Assembly (NCBI GenBank): GCA_951406725.2 | Contig: OX597822.1 | Coordinates: 49,352,001 to 49,416,000, forward strand | Direction of reading: 5' to 3' | Origin: Octopus vulgaris | Taxonomy: Eukaryota | Length of the DNA stretch: 64,000 bases | Shown: positions 37,640 to 50,186 of the stretch, piece after piece | Numbering within the stretch: the first letter of the stretch is position 1 | Layout of the letters: each line of letters starts with the position of its first letter | Program-made: the position numbers and the translations under genes | Notes under the pieces: generated by a model | The model's input: only the letters and a program-made list of their open reading frames with translations | Databases searched by the model: none | What the model was told of the DNA's origin: nothing

Positions 37640-39241
37640 TTCTACGTAAGATGATATATTGCCTGAGCTATATGTTGTATTGTCTGTGATGTACAATGTA
37701 GGTGACATTAGAGTTTGTGTGACAATATTGTGTAGTTTATTGATATACTGTATGTGTTTGTGTATGTGTGTATGCGTGCGTGTGTGTTTGCTTATACGTA
37801 ATATGTCGAACCTGTAATGTTTCATATAATATATTGTGTGATGTTATATCTATGTAGGATATATTGTGTGCAACCATGCTATATTATATAATATGCAGTA
37901 CCGATGGTAACTACCGCTGTATGATATGATTGTGATATATTTTGAAATATACTGCGTCGGTGATATCTGCCATGTGTGATGTCTCTATGTTGTATCGATA
38001 CATTGTTACATATTGTTTCGAATGTATCTCACGTAACTGTTATATTCTGAATTTGTAATACTTTGCTCGCTAATTCAATTAGTATGTCGTCCTGTTAATG
38101 GAACAGATGGACATTCGTAGATCTAAATAACGTGAGAGCCCATAATTCCATCCATAATAATGATCATGTGCTAGCATAATGAACACCAAAGTGTATATTT
38201 AAAATATATTTAGTATGCTGGGAAGATGTATACGTTGGTATGATGTCAAATAGGATGAAGATAATTTTGTTCGTTTGGAGTTGATATGAGAGGAAAGATA
38301 TGTGTGGGTTACTGGCTGAATTATACGGTAGGGAGATATAAAAACGTTATGGTATGTGCATGCTGACGTAGACCTAGCTCTATGGTATATTTTGCTTAGC
38401 ATCTGTCGAAAAGTTCGTAAGCATTGTTATAGAACTTGTAATATCTCGGATGTGACTGCGTGCACTTGTGCATGTGTATTTGTAAACATGTATGTATGCA
38501 TGCGCGCGCGCGTGTGTTTGTGTGTGTATGTGTGTGTATGTATGTGTGTGTGTGTGAATGTGTATATGCGTGTTTGATAATATCGATATGAATATTATAG
38601 CGCGCAGTCTAGTTTTATCACGAAATAGTTGAAAGCTGTCCCCATTTAATGAGAGAATTCCTACTTAATACTTTTGTATTCTCGCTTTATATCGCATCTC
38701 CATCGACACATGAGTGTTATTTGTTTTAAACAGCGAGGCGGATATATTTTAGATTCTATATTCTATTTCTTATTTCCGAGCTGATGAATTCTAATTTCTA
38801 TGTACTATTTTTGCTTGCAATAACGTGTATGGTTATATCTTCTTTCCCAGTGAAGCAAAAGAAATAAAATAGTATAGAATAGATAGAAACCTACAACGAG
38901 TTTATCTTCAGTTCACAGTGTTGAAATTAACAAACATCAAACAAGTTACTGATGGTGATTTCGATACAACATATCTGTTGCTGACTTTACTCTAATTGAA
39001 TCTAAATTCTGTTATAGCTAGGTTCAAAATATGCATATATCTCGAATATAGTTATATAAGGTTTCAGCATCCTTTTTTGAAAATAAATACGATATAAATA
39101 CGAAATAATAATGGATATAACTATAAATAAAAAGTAATATAAGTAGAAATAAAAATATTAATATGTAGAAAAATAATGAATAGATCTTTTAAAATAAATA
39201 AATATAATTACAAACATAAATGTCTATATAAAGAAATTCCA

Positions 39242-39392
39242 AGGCAGCACGTTGGACAAAAGGCTTAGCAGTATTTCGGCCGTCTTCAAATTCTGACTTC
39301 AAATTTCGTCGCGATCGACTTTGCTTTTGATCCTTTCGGGGTCGATTAAATGTGTATCCCAAATTGTTGGTCTTATGCCAAAATTTGAAACT
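39242..39392 (+). mobile_element. SINE family B, diverged
   Basis: GCTTAGCAGTATTTCG...TTCAAATTTCGTCGCGATCGACTTTGC...CCTTTCGGGGTCGAT. Confidence 0.65.
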
Positions 39393-39792
39393 AATATAAA
39401 GGTGTTCTCTTGAACTTTCTTAATTTGAAAGTATTTTACTATTGGGAACATCGCTAAGTGATACGTGCATACCTACATACGTACACATACATGTATGATA
39501 TGTGTGTATATGTATATGAATTTTAACCATTGAAGAATAAAAAATATATTATATTTATATTTTATTCCTTTGAGATACCAAAAGTTTCGTCGTCGCACTT
39601 CTGCGATTTGCTTATTGATTAGCTTCTACTTTTCTATTGAATTTATGGAATATCACTTACAGGTGTATGTACATGCGCGCATGCGCGGATTCTATGAGCG
39701 TGGGTTTACCTTCGAGTATTTTCAGTTTCTCCCTATTCGGGTAATTTCACTTTATTTAACAGTTAATTTTGTGCACTTTTGTTTTGTGCACT

Positions 39793-39855
39793 TAATAACT
39801 GACGATATGCCGGAGCAGGCTTCCGCCCCGACATCCGAAACTGTGAGTTTTATTA
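39793..39855 (+). ncRNA. Type I hammerhead motif
   Basis: TAATAA-CTGACGA-long GC-rich helix II (ATGCCGGAGCAG/CCGCCCCGACAT)-GAAA-CTgtgAG-TT-TTATTA. Confidence 0.7.
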
Positions 39856-40033
39856 TGACAGCCGACTAATTATCACACACACACACACACATATATAGAT
39901 TTATAACTATTGGTATCTAGAAGATCCTAAGGGTGGCAGGTAACGCTAAGTAAGTGCAATGGACAGACCATAGTTAAACTCTTGGTTCGACAGTAATACG
40001 AGTAAGGATTTTAATGTGGATATTGTATTAGCA

Positions 40034-40082
<49 letters not shown>

Positions 40083-40153
40083 CAAAAAGAGATAGCAAAG
40101 CCAATGCTGTGAGGAGTTGTCCGGGCATTTCTAAAGAAATAGATATAAATATA

Positions 40154-40203
40154 GTTTTACAGCTGTTTCTGGGATATTATGGATATCCCTTCATCAGAGA
40201 CGT
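40154..40203 (-). ncRNA. Minimal type I hammerhead motif
   Basis: Minus strand GTCT-CTGATGA-a-GGGATA tccataa TATCCC-a-GAAA-CAGCTG-TA-AAAC; helix III palindrome ACAGCTGT. Confidence 0.7.
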
Positions 40204-40390
40204 TGTGAGCTCGAAATAGTTTTGAATTAGTGGGAAGGATTGAAGAGGAAGGGATTAAGGAGACGTTGTGAGTTCGAAATAGTTTTGAATTAGTGGGAGA
40301 GATTGAAGAGGAAGGGATTAAGGAGACGTTGTGAGTTCGAAATAGTTTTGAATTAGTGGGAGAGATTGAAGAGGAAGGGGTGAAGGAGAC
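40197..40390. repeat. 63-bp tandem repeat, 3 copies
   Basis: GAGAC recurs at 40197, 40260, 40323 and 40386; units are nearly identical. Confidence 0.95.
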
Positions 40391-40788
40391 ACTTTATTAA
40401 GAGTTCAAATTCCGCTAAGGTCGACTTTGCCTTTCAGTGTTTCTTTTTTTCAGAAAATAAATTACTGAGAGCCAGTGGTTGAGGGGATATAAGTGAAATC
40501 GGTTATAGATGGAAGGCCAATGGACAGAATGATGAAGAGAATTGTGTGTGTACATTTGTTTGTATATGCGTGTGTGTGTGTTTGTGTGCGTGTGTGCGTG
40601 TTTGTATGTGTGTAGGTGTGTGCGTGTGTGTTTATATTTACATCAGTATCCCCATATTCTGATGAGGATTATATGTTCGGAAGAGAGATTAAAGCGGAAA
40701 GTGGCTCAGGGGTCTGAATGACGGAATAAAATATGTATGTGTATGTTTCCATGTATATGTGTATGAATATGTGTGTATGTGTGTGTAC

Positions 40789-40824
<36 letters not shown>

Positions 40825-41513
40825 TTAGTGCACCTTAATGGCGACTAGTTCACCAGGGGAAGTTTATGGGAGTGTTCTTTTTAGATGTCTTCTGTACAGA
40901 GAACATAAAAGGGTGTTAATATAATTAAGATAGAGAGGCAAAATAATTTTTATTACTCGTAATTAGAAACTTTATGTTTGTCATGGAATAATTAGTGTTA
41001 CATTTAAATTTTCAATTCAATCCCCTGCAGCAGTTGTAGCACAACCAAAACTACCAAAATAAAAGTATTATTTTTTGAAAATATTGAACTAGAGGAATTA
41101 AATTTCAAATGCTATGTCTGTGATAAAACTTAAACCGCTGTAGCACTTTCAAAACAACAAAACTGGCTGAATAACAGAATAGCATTTAAAAAAATATTGA
41201 GCCGGAAGAATTGAAATTTAAATATTGAGTTTGATAGAAAATATAATTCCAGTTCATTGTATAATAAATTAGAGCTTGTAATCTAGCCTTGGTATCTGAT
41301 ATTTGCGCCATTGTATTTGATATAGCTGCAGGCTACTTGGACTCAGCTGATCAATAAGGTGATGTGCTGCGACATAATCGACAATAAGGCGAATCCAAAG
41401 TTACACTTCATTATTACTGCAAACAATGTGCGTTCCACACAAACAAGAGGAGGTGGGCATGATTGAGACGGCGTGTTTATTATCGATTGATTATTATTAT
41501 AATAGAGCTAAGG

Positions 41514-41910
41514 AAGCGGCCTGGCAGAAACGTCAGTACGCCGGGCGAAATGTTTAGCGATATTTCGTCTGCCGTTACGTTCTGAGTTCAAATTCCGCTA
41601 AGGTCGACTTTGCCTTTCATCCTTTCGAGATCGATTAAATAAGTACCAGTTACACACTGGGGTCAATGTAATCGACTTAATCCGTTTGTCTGTCCTCATT
41701 TGTCCCCTCTGTGTTTAGCCCCTTGTGGGTAGTAAAGAAATAGGTATTCCGTATGCCACTACGTTCTGAGTTCAAATTCCGCCGAGATCGACTTTGCTTT
41801 GTATCCTTTCGGGGTTGATGAAATAAGTACCAGTTCCACACTGGGGTCGATGTAATCGACTATATCCCCTTCCCCCAAAATTTTCAAGGGCTTGTGCCTA
41901 GAGTAGAAAC
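41514..41910 (+). mobile_element. tRNA-derived SINE family B, dimeric
   Basis: Two tandem copies of ACGTTCTGAGTTCAAATTCCGC...GACTTTGC...AAGTACCAGTT...CTGGGGTC.ATGTAATCGACT; only the first has the A-box head. Confidence 0.85.
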
Positions 41911-42240
41911 AGACTTAAAATATGTAACACCAACTTGAGCTCGTTTGTGTGGCCTTTAAGGATAAAATCGCTACCTTTACTGTACTTCATATAACAGGAG
42001 GAAAAAGGTGTTGCTCATGCATAACCTCCACTACAACCCACAACACCACCGCCACCTCTACCATCACCACTATTACCAACGCAAACATTAATGCAACGAA
42101 AACAACCGTCGTTCTTATTTCTTAACAAAATGAGAACAGCTTCGTACGCTTCGTTTTATGTAACCCCTTAGAGTGTTCTACACCGTCCTAAATGTTGTTT
42201 GTGAAACCTTAGTTGTGAATAAAGAAAATGCTACCATTAT

Positions 42241-42443
42241 AAGAATCGTTAGCATGCCGGGAAAAGTGGTTACCGACATTTCTTCCGTCTCTGCATTTTG
42301 AGTTAAAATTCTACCGAGATCTGCTTTGTCTTTCATCATTGAGAGGCCAATAAAACATATACCTGTTGAACACTGGGGTCGATGTGATAAAATTATTCCT
42401 TCCCCCGAACTTGTTGTCCTGGTACCAAAATCTTAAACCATTA
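42241..42443 (+). mobile_element. SINE family B, diverged
   Basis: GAATCGTTAGCATGCCGGG...CACTGGGGTCGATG. Confidence 0.65.
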
Positions 42444-42781
42444 CTATAAAGTTTTTGGTTTAAAATTGTTTTCAACGAATAGAGTTTTTTTTCCTCGTAA
42501 TAATACCATGTTGATTTAGATTAATTTGTTTCTGATGTTTAGTAGACTATATAATAGTAATGTCCAACATAGTCGTATTTTTTTTACCTTACATTGAATC
42601 GCAGCAGTAAATTCTAACTTCATTTCAACTCATTTTGTCTTGCTTAAGTGGTGATTTCTGAAATAATTGGCAAAGGGAAAAGAAATTGTTCACATTTTTC
42701 TTCTGTCAGAGTTACTTAAAATTTCTATAAACTCACACCACGACTACGACCAACATTCCCACGACGCAGCCACCTCACCCT

Positions 42782-42820
<39 letters not shown>

Positions 42821-44027
42821 AACACATATACAACTACAGACACTTCGAAGGCCTTGATCCATCGAGGGGGCCTCTGCGTGATAACTTCGGTTGGTGAAAT
42901 AGCTGCTTCCTTGTCCTCAAATCACACCTTCAAGACATAAGATTATGCTTTCCTGAGTTCCCCGCACGTAAGGAAAATAATCCAACCAGGTTACCACTGG
43001 AATACCTTTGATCAAATGGCTGATCGGCATGGGCAAGCTGTGGTGAAAGTACAACACACGCACACACACATACACACACACACACACAGACAAACACACA
43101 CACAGACAAACACACACAGAGGCAAACACACACAGAGACAAACACACACACACACACCAGACATACACACACGTATACATGCATGAATTAGTAAAACTGA
43201 TTTTTAAGTTTAGAAGAAAGCAATGTAGTTTTGAATGGAATGATATAAATTGAATCAGTCCCAGTATATTACTGGCAGTTGTTTACTGTCGGATTTGAAA
43301 ACAAAACATATAGGGACGCAAGCGATAATTGCAAAGTATTTAATTCGGACTGAACAGTTTTATCACTTTTCAATAAGTAAATTATTTAGAAATCAAACAA
43401 TAACTACATTGCTTACGTAAATCATTGTTCGGAATCCTTATTCAAATTCGTATTCGCTTCGTTTCACTTTCGCTTATAATGCGTTTTATTTGTGAAGGAC
43501 AAAATATCATTTCTACCGTACCTTTTAACAGAAGTCAATCGATCGAACTCTCTATTAATGATTGCTTTCCGATTGTGAAAGTTTAAACAGTTGAAGGGCT
43601 GGATTTACCACGAAGTAAAATAAGCAAGTGCTAAGCAAAATAGGCAGGTCATCAGCGGAAGTTGGGGGGGGGGGGTGCACCACAAAAATTGTCAATGGTT
43701 TACGGCTCAAATGAAATCAATTTAAACTGGCTAAAATATTATTTGGGATGCCTTATCTCTTCTAAGTTTAGAAGTAGATGTGTTACGTAAGATTAATTTT
43801 GAGGATCTGATCAAATACTTTGCAGTTAAAGAAATAGAAAACTTTTTTCAAATATAGGGGTTGGGTGGGGTACAATGAGTAATATTTACTGCATTTTCAA
43901 TTTGAGGAAATAAGTTACAATTATTCACTACCTTACAAAAACTGCATCAGCGAAGCAAATGACCTTCTTTAAGTGCATTAAGGCACTATAATATATATTC
44001 AGAACATATATATGCCAGAAAATTTAG

Positions 44028-44225
44028 ACGGGGTTTCTGAAAAGTTCCTGGCTTTAAGGGTGACGCGAAAGGCCTGCTTGGAAGCCCAACCTTCTGAGTT
44101 CTTTTGCAGTGCTTAGAAAAGCTGATGGACCGTAATATGTGTTTGAATCTGAGAGGGGACATGCTGAATAAAATTACCTGATGCTCCTGTCTTTTCTTTT
44201 ATCCAAAGCCAGGAACTTCCTCGTA
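44028..44225 (+). mobile_element. Mariner-derived MITE
   Basis: Inverted 14-mers AAGTTCCTGGCTTT / AAAGCCAGGAACTT near the ends, terminal CCTCG-TA, and an internal remnant of the last transposase codons. Confidence 0.65.
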
Positions 44226-46291
44226 TCGCCGTTCTCTTTGAGCTTACAAACGACAAATTTAGGGGGCTCAAAATGAGTAACAGAAAATAAGATAAAATTT
44301 GTCTCTTCAATTCTCTAGAATTACATTTGAAACAAAACAAAAAAGCTCATATACATCATTATCTCCTTAGACATTAGAAAAAAACAGAAATGCAACAAAA
44401 GAGGATCATGAGATGTGGTACATGAAGTGGAATTAAGGAAAGTCGACTACATCTATAAACTCAAAATAAGATATTCTCTAAAGCTCCTTCAAGATCCGCT
44501 GGAAGGTCTGACTTCCTGAAATATTTACTTACCATTCACTTAAAGAAAAAGGAAATTAATTAAATTAGTCATTACACATTTCGCCCCATCTTAGACATCA
44601 GTTATTTGAAAATTGAAGACTATCAAATTGGACGTTAATGTGGGAAAAACTTGACTTTGAATCCCACAGAGAAAAGAATTTTGAGTGTATCCAGACATTT
44701 TTATTAGCAACCTCGAAATTGATTACAATCGGATCAAATTTAACGAAAAATTTCTTGACTAAAAAAAAACAAAAAAAAATTATATCACTCGACCATGTTT
44801 TTAACTCTCAACTTCAACAACAAAAACTATGTTAATTTTTACTTCCAAAGATATCGCAACAGTACGAAATCATGTTGCAGTATTTGGAATATAGTTGTTT
44901 CAGACAAGTAAAAAAAAAAAAAAAAGAAGAAATCAGAAATTATCCACTTTATCCCATCCACTTATATAAAATGGTAATTCACAAAATAAATATTATTTTC
45001 CATCTTACTGTTGTGTTCCATTTTGAAAAATAAACATTTATTTTGTGGCTTATTGTTGTACATATTTTGAATTACATATATATGTGTGCACTATGGGTCT
45101 CAATCTAAATAGTTGATGCAGTTTCAACCTTCCATAGATATAACCAACCTACTACAAATAGACCTACTACAAATAGCAGTCAAATTCTCCTATCATGCAC
45201 TACTTTTTTTAAGAGAAGCAATACATTAGATAATGTAGTACTAGGTACATTGTGTCTGAAAATATAAGACAGGATTGCCATAGTTAAAGCTCACTTTAAA
45301 GGCATTACAATCTTTTCCTATCCTAGAGAACTTTGTAGTCTATCATATAACGTATAAGATATTTCAGTTCGTACGGTTTTGTTTAAAAAAGATTTATTTA
45401 GCTGGTATTTTTAGAACATCTAGCAAAACCAAACAAGCTCCCTCTTTAACTCGTATTTATATAGGTGTTATAATAACAAACAGTAAAACATTTTAATATA
45501 CTGTTAGAGATAAACATTAAATTTTTCAATGTTTAAAATAAAAACAAAAAACCAAGTTTTATTATGTGTTTATATATTTACGAAATTCCACTCAGATTTT
45601 CGAAATAAATCCTCAAAACTATCTGAGATCATTTGCAACATTTCTTGACAGATAAGAAATGAAAGAGTAATCACAGAGTTTCAATAAGAATAGGTAGGAT
45701 TCTTATTAAAGCTGCTTATATGAAACCTTAGAAGTCGTTGATTATTCCCACTCATACGTTCACCAACCGCCATATGTAGTTTGAACGCAAGTACGTATAC
45801 AGAGAACGAGAGACGATGCAGGAGTTCGGGGGCGGGAGATACAGAGAGTGAAATGAAGATAGCGCAGAAGAAACATAATTCTAACAACATAGAAGGAAAA
45901 GAATGGATAGCAAACAATTGTTGCGCTCAGTGAATGTGAAAGTGAAAGAGAAAGCGAGAGCTAGAAAGAGAGAAAGAGAAACAGAGAGAAAGGGAGACAA
46001 AAAGAGAAGATAATATGGAATAAGAGAGAAGTAAGCGGTGATGAGAATAGGAGAGAATTAATGATGAAAAAAAGAAAGGAGAAAAGTACTGCAAGGGATT
46101 AAGAAAGGCGGCGAGATTACAATAAGTAATAAAGACGGAAGAAATATGAAGCGTAAAAAGGAAGTAAGATAGTGTACAGCTAAATGTATGAATAAAATGA
46201 GGAAAAGGAGAGGACGGGAAGAGAAGAAAATGGAGAATGACAAGGACGTATGTACTGTGAGCGTGTATATACATACATATCCATACATGTA

Positions 46292-46370
<79 letters not shown>

Positions 46371-46460
46371 ATACACACACATCTATATAAATATATATAT
46401 ATTTACATATATACATACATACACACACACACATATATATATATATATACATATATGTAA

Positions 46461-46497
<37 letters not shown>

Positions 46498-46989
46498 TAA
46501 TAATAAAACGACAACAAAAGAACGATACCTCGATATTATTAAAATAGAGGAATTTATATATAATTTGAAACTCTGAGTTCCATCATGACAACTTACTGTT
46601 TGTCCTATACTATACTATACTATACTATACTATATATATATATATATATATATACAGACTGGGCTATCAGTCAATATAACAATTAATTGCAAAGTAGAGT
46701 AATGCACATTGTTGATTTAACTGAAAATTCAGAAATTCCTAGCGTTAAAATTAATTCGTGTGGCGTCTATAATTGCATAAAGTTAGGGGGGTATGAGAGG
46801 TGACTGTAGATTTATTTAAGCATGAGACATCCATGTAGTTTGAATTTCAAAATAGAACAAATTATGCGAACATGTTTACATTAATATGCTTGCTCAAAAT
46901 TATACAATACAATTTTATAATCTCAAATTAATGCAAATAGAGATCACCGGAACGTCATGGTTACATCAACAGTTCCGATTTTATATCTA

Positions 46990-47082
<93 letters not shown>

Positions 47083-47189
47083 ATTAGCTACGAATTTTCC
47101 GTGTGTTATGGTTTTGTCACATTTTCCGTTTGTTAAAATAATTTTATAATAATCCTGGAAATATTATTCATGTAATGCAATGCATTCCT

Positions 47190-47320
47190 TGTAATGCCGA
47201 TCAAGTCTGTATGTCTGGTGTTCGGCAATATGACGGTGACGTCGTCTGTGTATGCCGACGCGATCCTCTCATGTCCTAGCTCGCGCGGGATGCCTCTCAA
47301 CGACTCCAATTTCGCAGTAG
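47190..47320 (-). mobile_element. Old Tx1-family RT fragment
   Basis: AKLESLRGIPRELGHERIASAYTDDVTVIL is homologous to LRGIPRELGCGTSVSAYADDVTVIV in the young copies. Confidence 0.8.
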
Positions 47321-47334
47321 TGTCGCTACAGCTA

Positions 47335-47764
47335 GGACGAAAACAAGAATGCAATGATCCTCTGGGGTTTTGATTTCCTGATAGACAAGGTGTCAGAGCA
47401 ACGAAAGCTAGATACAATTAACTTTAGAAGGGGACAAACAAGAGTGACTGCGCCAGGGATCAATATTTTTATCATGGAAGAAAAAGAAAAGGTTGACAAA
47501 TTTGGAAACCTGAGAATTGAGATCGACAAAATGTGGCAGCTATGAGAGTCAAATATAAAGGTTGTCCCAGTTGTCATCGGAGCTTTGGGTTCAATACCAC
47601 CCAACCTGAAGAAATTCCGTACAATCTTGGTAAACTGCATGCATATTGCGTAAAGTACTGTCTGCCTGAGGTCCTTGTTGCGACTTAACGGACAATACAA
47701 TCCACCAGTAGATACTATCCAATATTGGATACTGTGCAACATCTTTAATAATAATGATAATAAT
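47335..47764 (+). mobile_element. R4/Dong-like non-LTR retrotransposon 3' fragment (RLE domain) ending in (TAA)n
   Basis: ENKNAMILWGFDFLIDK...EKEKVDKFGNLRIEIDKMWQL*ESNIKVVPVVIGALGSIPPNLKK, followed by TAATAATAATGATAATAAT. Confidence 0.75.
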
Positions 47765-47882
47765 CCTTTCTATTATTGGCATAAAGCCTGAAATTTGGGG
47801 GAGGAGACTAGTTGATTACATCGACACCAGTGTTTTACTGGTACTTAATATATCGACCCTGAATATTGAAAGGCAAAGTCGA
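47763..47882 (-). mobile_element. SINE family B 3' fragment
   Basis: Reverse complement of the family B 3' half. Confidence 0.7.
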
Positions 47883-48576
47883 TGGCAAATTCTGCTTGTC
47901 ATTGCGTTACTTAGCCTGTCGGTAACGCTTTCATACGATTAGATAATAAGGAGGAGAAAGAAAAGATAGAGCAAAAAAAGGAGGGTGGGAGAGAAAGAGG
48001 TGGACATGAGGTAGAGGGAATTTAATTGTAACGCTTTCACGTGATTACTTGAAGGGAAAAAGATGAGAAGGAAAAAGACAGAGAGAAAGAGGATAAGGCA
48101 AGAATGAGACAGAAAGAGGGAGAAAAAAGAGAGAAAAATGAGGGAGAGAAAAGCGTCCATGACGTGAAGTAGGGGGAAGGTAATAATTTAAGCAGAGGTG
48201 TGTTCTGATGGTGAAGTTACAGGAAGGCAGAAAGGGAGGGAGAGAGAGAGATGATGATGGTGGTGGTGGTGGTGTCGGAGATGGCGGTGGTGATTGGATA
48301 GTGAAATGTGTATACTTTTTTTAATATAACTAAGTTTTATTTTTATATCGCCTATCACTTAGCGCATGTGCATTAGTACAATTCCGTTAAATATTCGCTT
48401 ATTTACGTGGGAGATATATGTTATTTCAAATTTCCCTAAAGGTTGTATCATATGTAAGGGTTACTTTTTGCACATGGAAAAAATGGATAATAAGTGTGAA
48501 TATTTATTTTATGAGTATTGTGTACTAAGTCTATAAAATTGTGTTTAAAGTATATAAATAATGTTTACCATTAATT

Positions 48577-48603
48577 CCGTGGAATATTCACGGGTCCCGT
48601 TAG
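48577..48603 (+). mobile_element. Helitron-type 3' terminus (hairpin plus TTAG)
   Basis: CCGTGGAATATTCACGG hairpin followed by GTCCCGTTAG (CTAG-like). The 5' extent of this element is not defined. Confidence 0.5.
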
Positions 48604-49290
48604 TCTTTGTATATAAAACAAAGGATGTGTGTGCGTGTGTGATTGAGCGTATGTGTGTGTAGTACGCATGCATTTCTACAGTTTTCAACCGATTTTCACC
48701 AAACTTTACACGCACATTACTTATATGCCAAGGATGGTCATACATGATAACATTTGCCCAGAGCTCCAGCGTAAAGAGTGAAAACGGAATAACCGGTGTT
48801 TTACACGGCTTTTCTCTAAAAAAATTCTGCAGTTTTCAACCGATTGTCTCCCTTTTCTCTCTTCTCTCTCTTTTTCTCATTCACTGTTTCTTTTGCTTAC
48901 ACATATTCTTCCCAACCCGGTGTAATAGTTCTTCTCTATATCAGTTTCTTTCACTCTCTCTCTCTCTCACTCTACCTCTCTTTAACTCACACACTTACTA
49001 ACTTCTGTATTTCAATTAGTCGGGCGTAAATATCTCTGTTCTTACGGTTTTTGTACGTTTTACCTGAAAAATAATTTAGTTATTTAAAATTTTTTTTCGC
49101 CCACTATGTTTAATTTCAGTTTTGTCACATCTGTCTAAAAACTGAGTTCAGTGTATTTCAGTTTTTTCGTGCGTAAATACCTTTATCTTTACGGCATGTG
49201 TACGTTCTCCCTACAACATTACTTATTTAAAATTTTTTGCACTTTGTCTATTTAAATACATTTTTTACATTTCTCCCTCTATCGAAAAAC
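48604..49290 (+). mobile_element. Non-autonomous Helitron-like element (5' part) with internal ~148-bp imperfect duplication
   Basis: TCTTTGTATATAAAAC, then (GT)n, then TTTTCAACCGATTTTCACCAAACTTTACAC. Duplicated block GCGTAAATA...TTACGG...TGTACGTT at ~49024 and ~49171. Confidence 0.55.
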
Positions 49291-49655
49291 GTTGTGCGAG
49301 CAGTCGTGCATGCGTACGTATGACCGCTATGGGCTACATACAGCCAATAAGCATTTATTACTAACCAATGAGATCTCAGCCACGTTACTGAGGAGTCATG
49401 TGTTAGAAAAGGCTATCCTAAAGCGGCCCAAGTTCTTTCACTCAAGCTATTTTCTTCTTGAGCTTTATACGCTCAAACGGGTTGAAGTGTGGAGTAAAGC
49501 AGTGGAGATGTGTGAGGCATAGATACTGAAAGGGGGTGACGAGGCGTACATGGAGGTCAACTCTGGCGAAGTGATTTTGGTTTGAGTTTGGTTATATCGA
49601 TATTTACAGGTATTTCATTCACCTGTTTCTATCTATCTATCTATCTATCTATCTC

Positions 49656-49707
<52 letters not shown>

Positions 49708-49896
49708 ATCTATCTATCTGTCTGTCTGTCTGTCTGTCTGCCTGCCTGTCTGTCTGTCTGTCTGTGTGTTTGCCTGTGTGTCTGTTTGTCTGTCTGTCGA
49801 CCTATCTGCCTGTCTATCTATTTATCTACTATATATGTGTATATACATATATATTATATATACTTTATGTTATATATTATATATATATCAGATACT

Positions 49897-50186
49897 GGGA
49901 TTAGTGGTCAGGGTGTTGGACTAACGATCGCCAGATCGTGATTTCAATTCCTAGACCGGGTGGTGCATTGTGTTCTTGAGCAAGCATCTTCATCCCAAGC
50001 TGCTCTGCGTTTACTTCCTCATCTGACGCATGGTACACCGTGCGCCTGTTCAGACAACGTCGATGTGATCGAGAGAGTGATCTAATGTGGCGCACGAACA
50101 TTTCATCACTATAAACAAATCATTTGTGCAGGTCGTTCGGCAAAATCTGAACAATCATACGTCATCTTTGAAGGAAGAGTCCATCA
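49897..50186 (+). mobile_element. tRNA-derived SINE family D
   Basis: TAGTGGTCAGGGTG...ATTTCAATTCC followed by TTGTGTTCTTGAGCAAG. A related head lies at 51015-51099 (-). Confidence 0.6.

Noticed and set aside
40197-40390. 63-bp repeats as a CRISPR array
   Set aside because: Contiguous tandem units with no unique spacers, eukaryotic context, and no cas genes.
40659-40685. CTGATGA at 40659 and 38781, and CTGAAGA at 51222
   Set aside because: No correctly placed GAAA or closing helix I.
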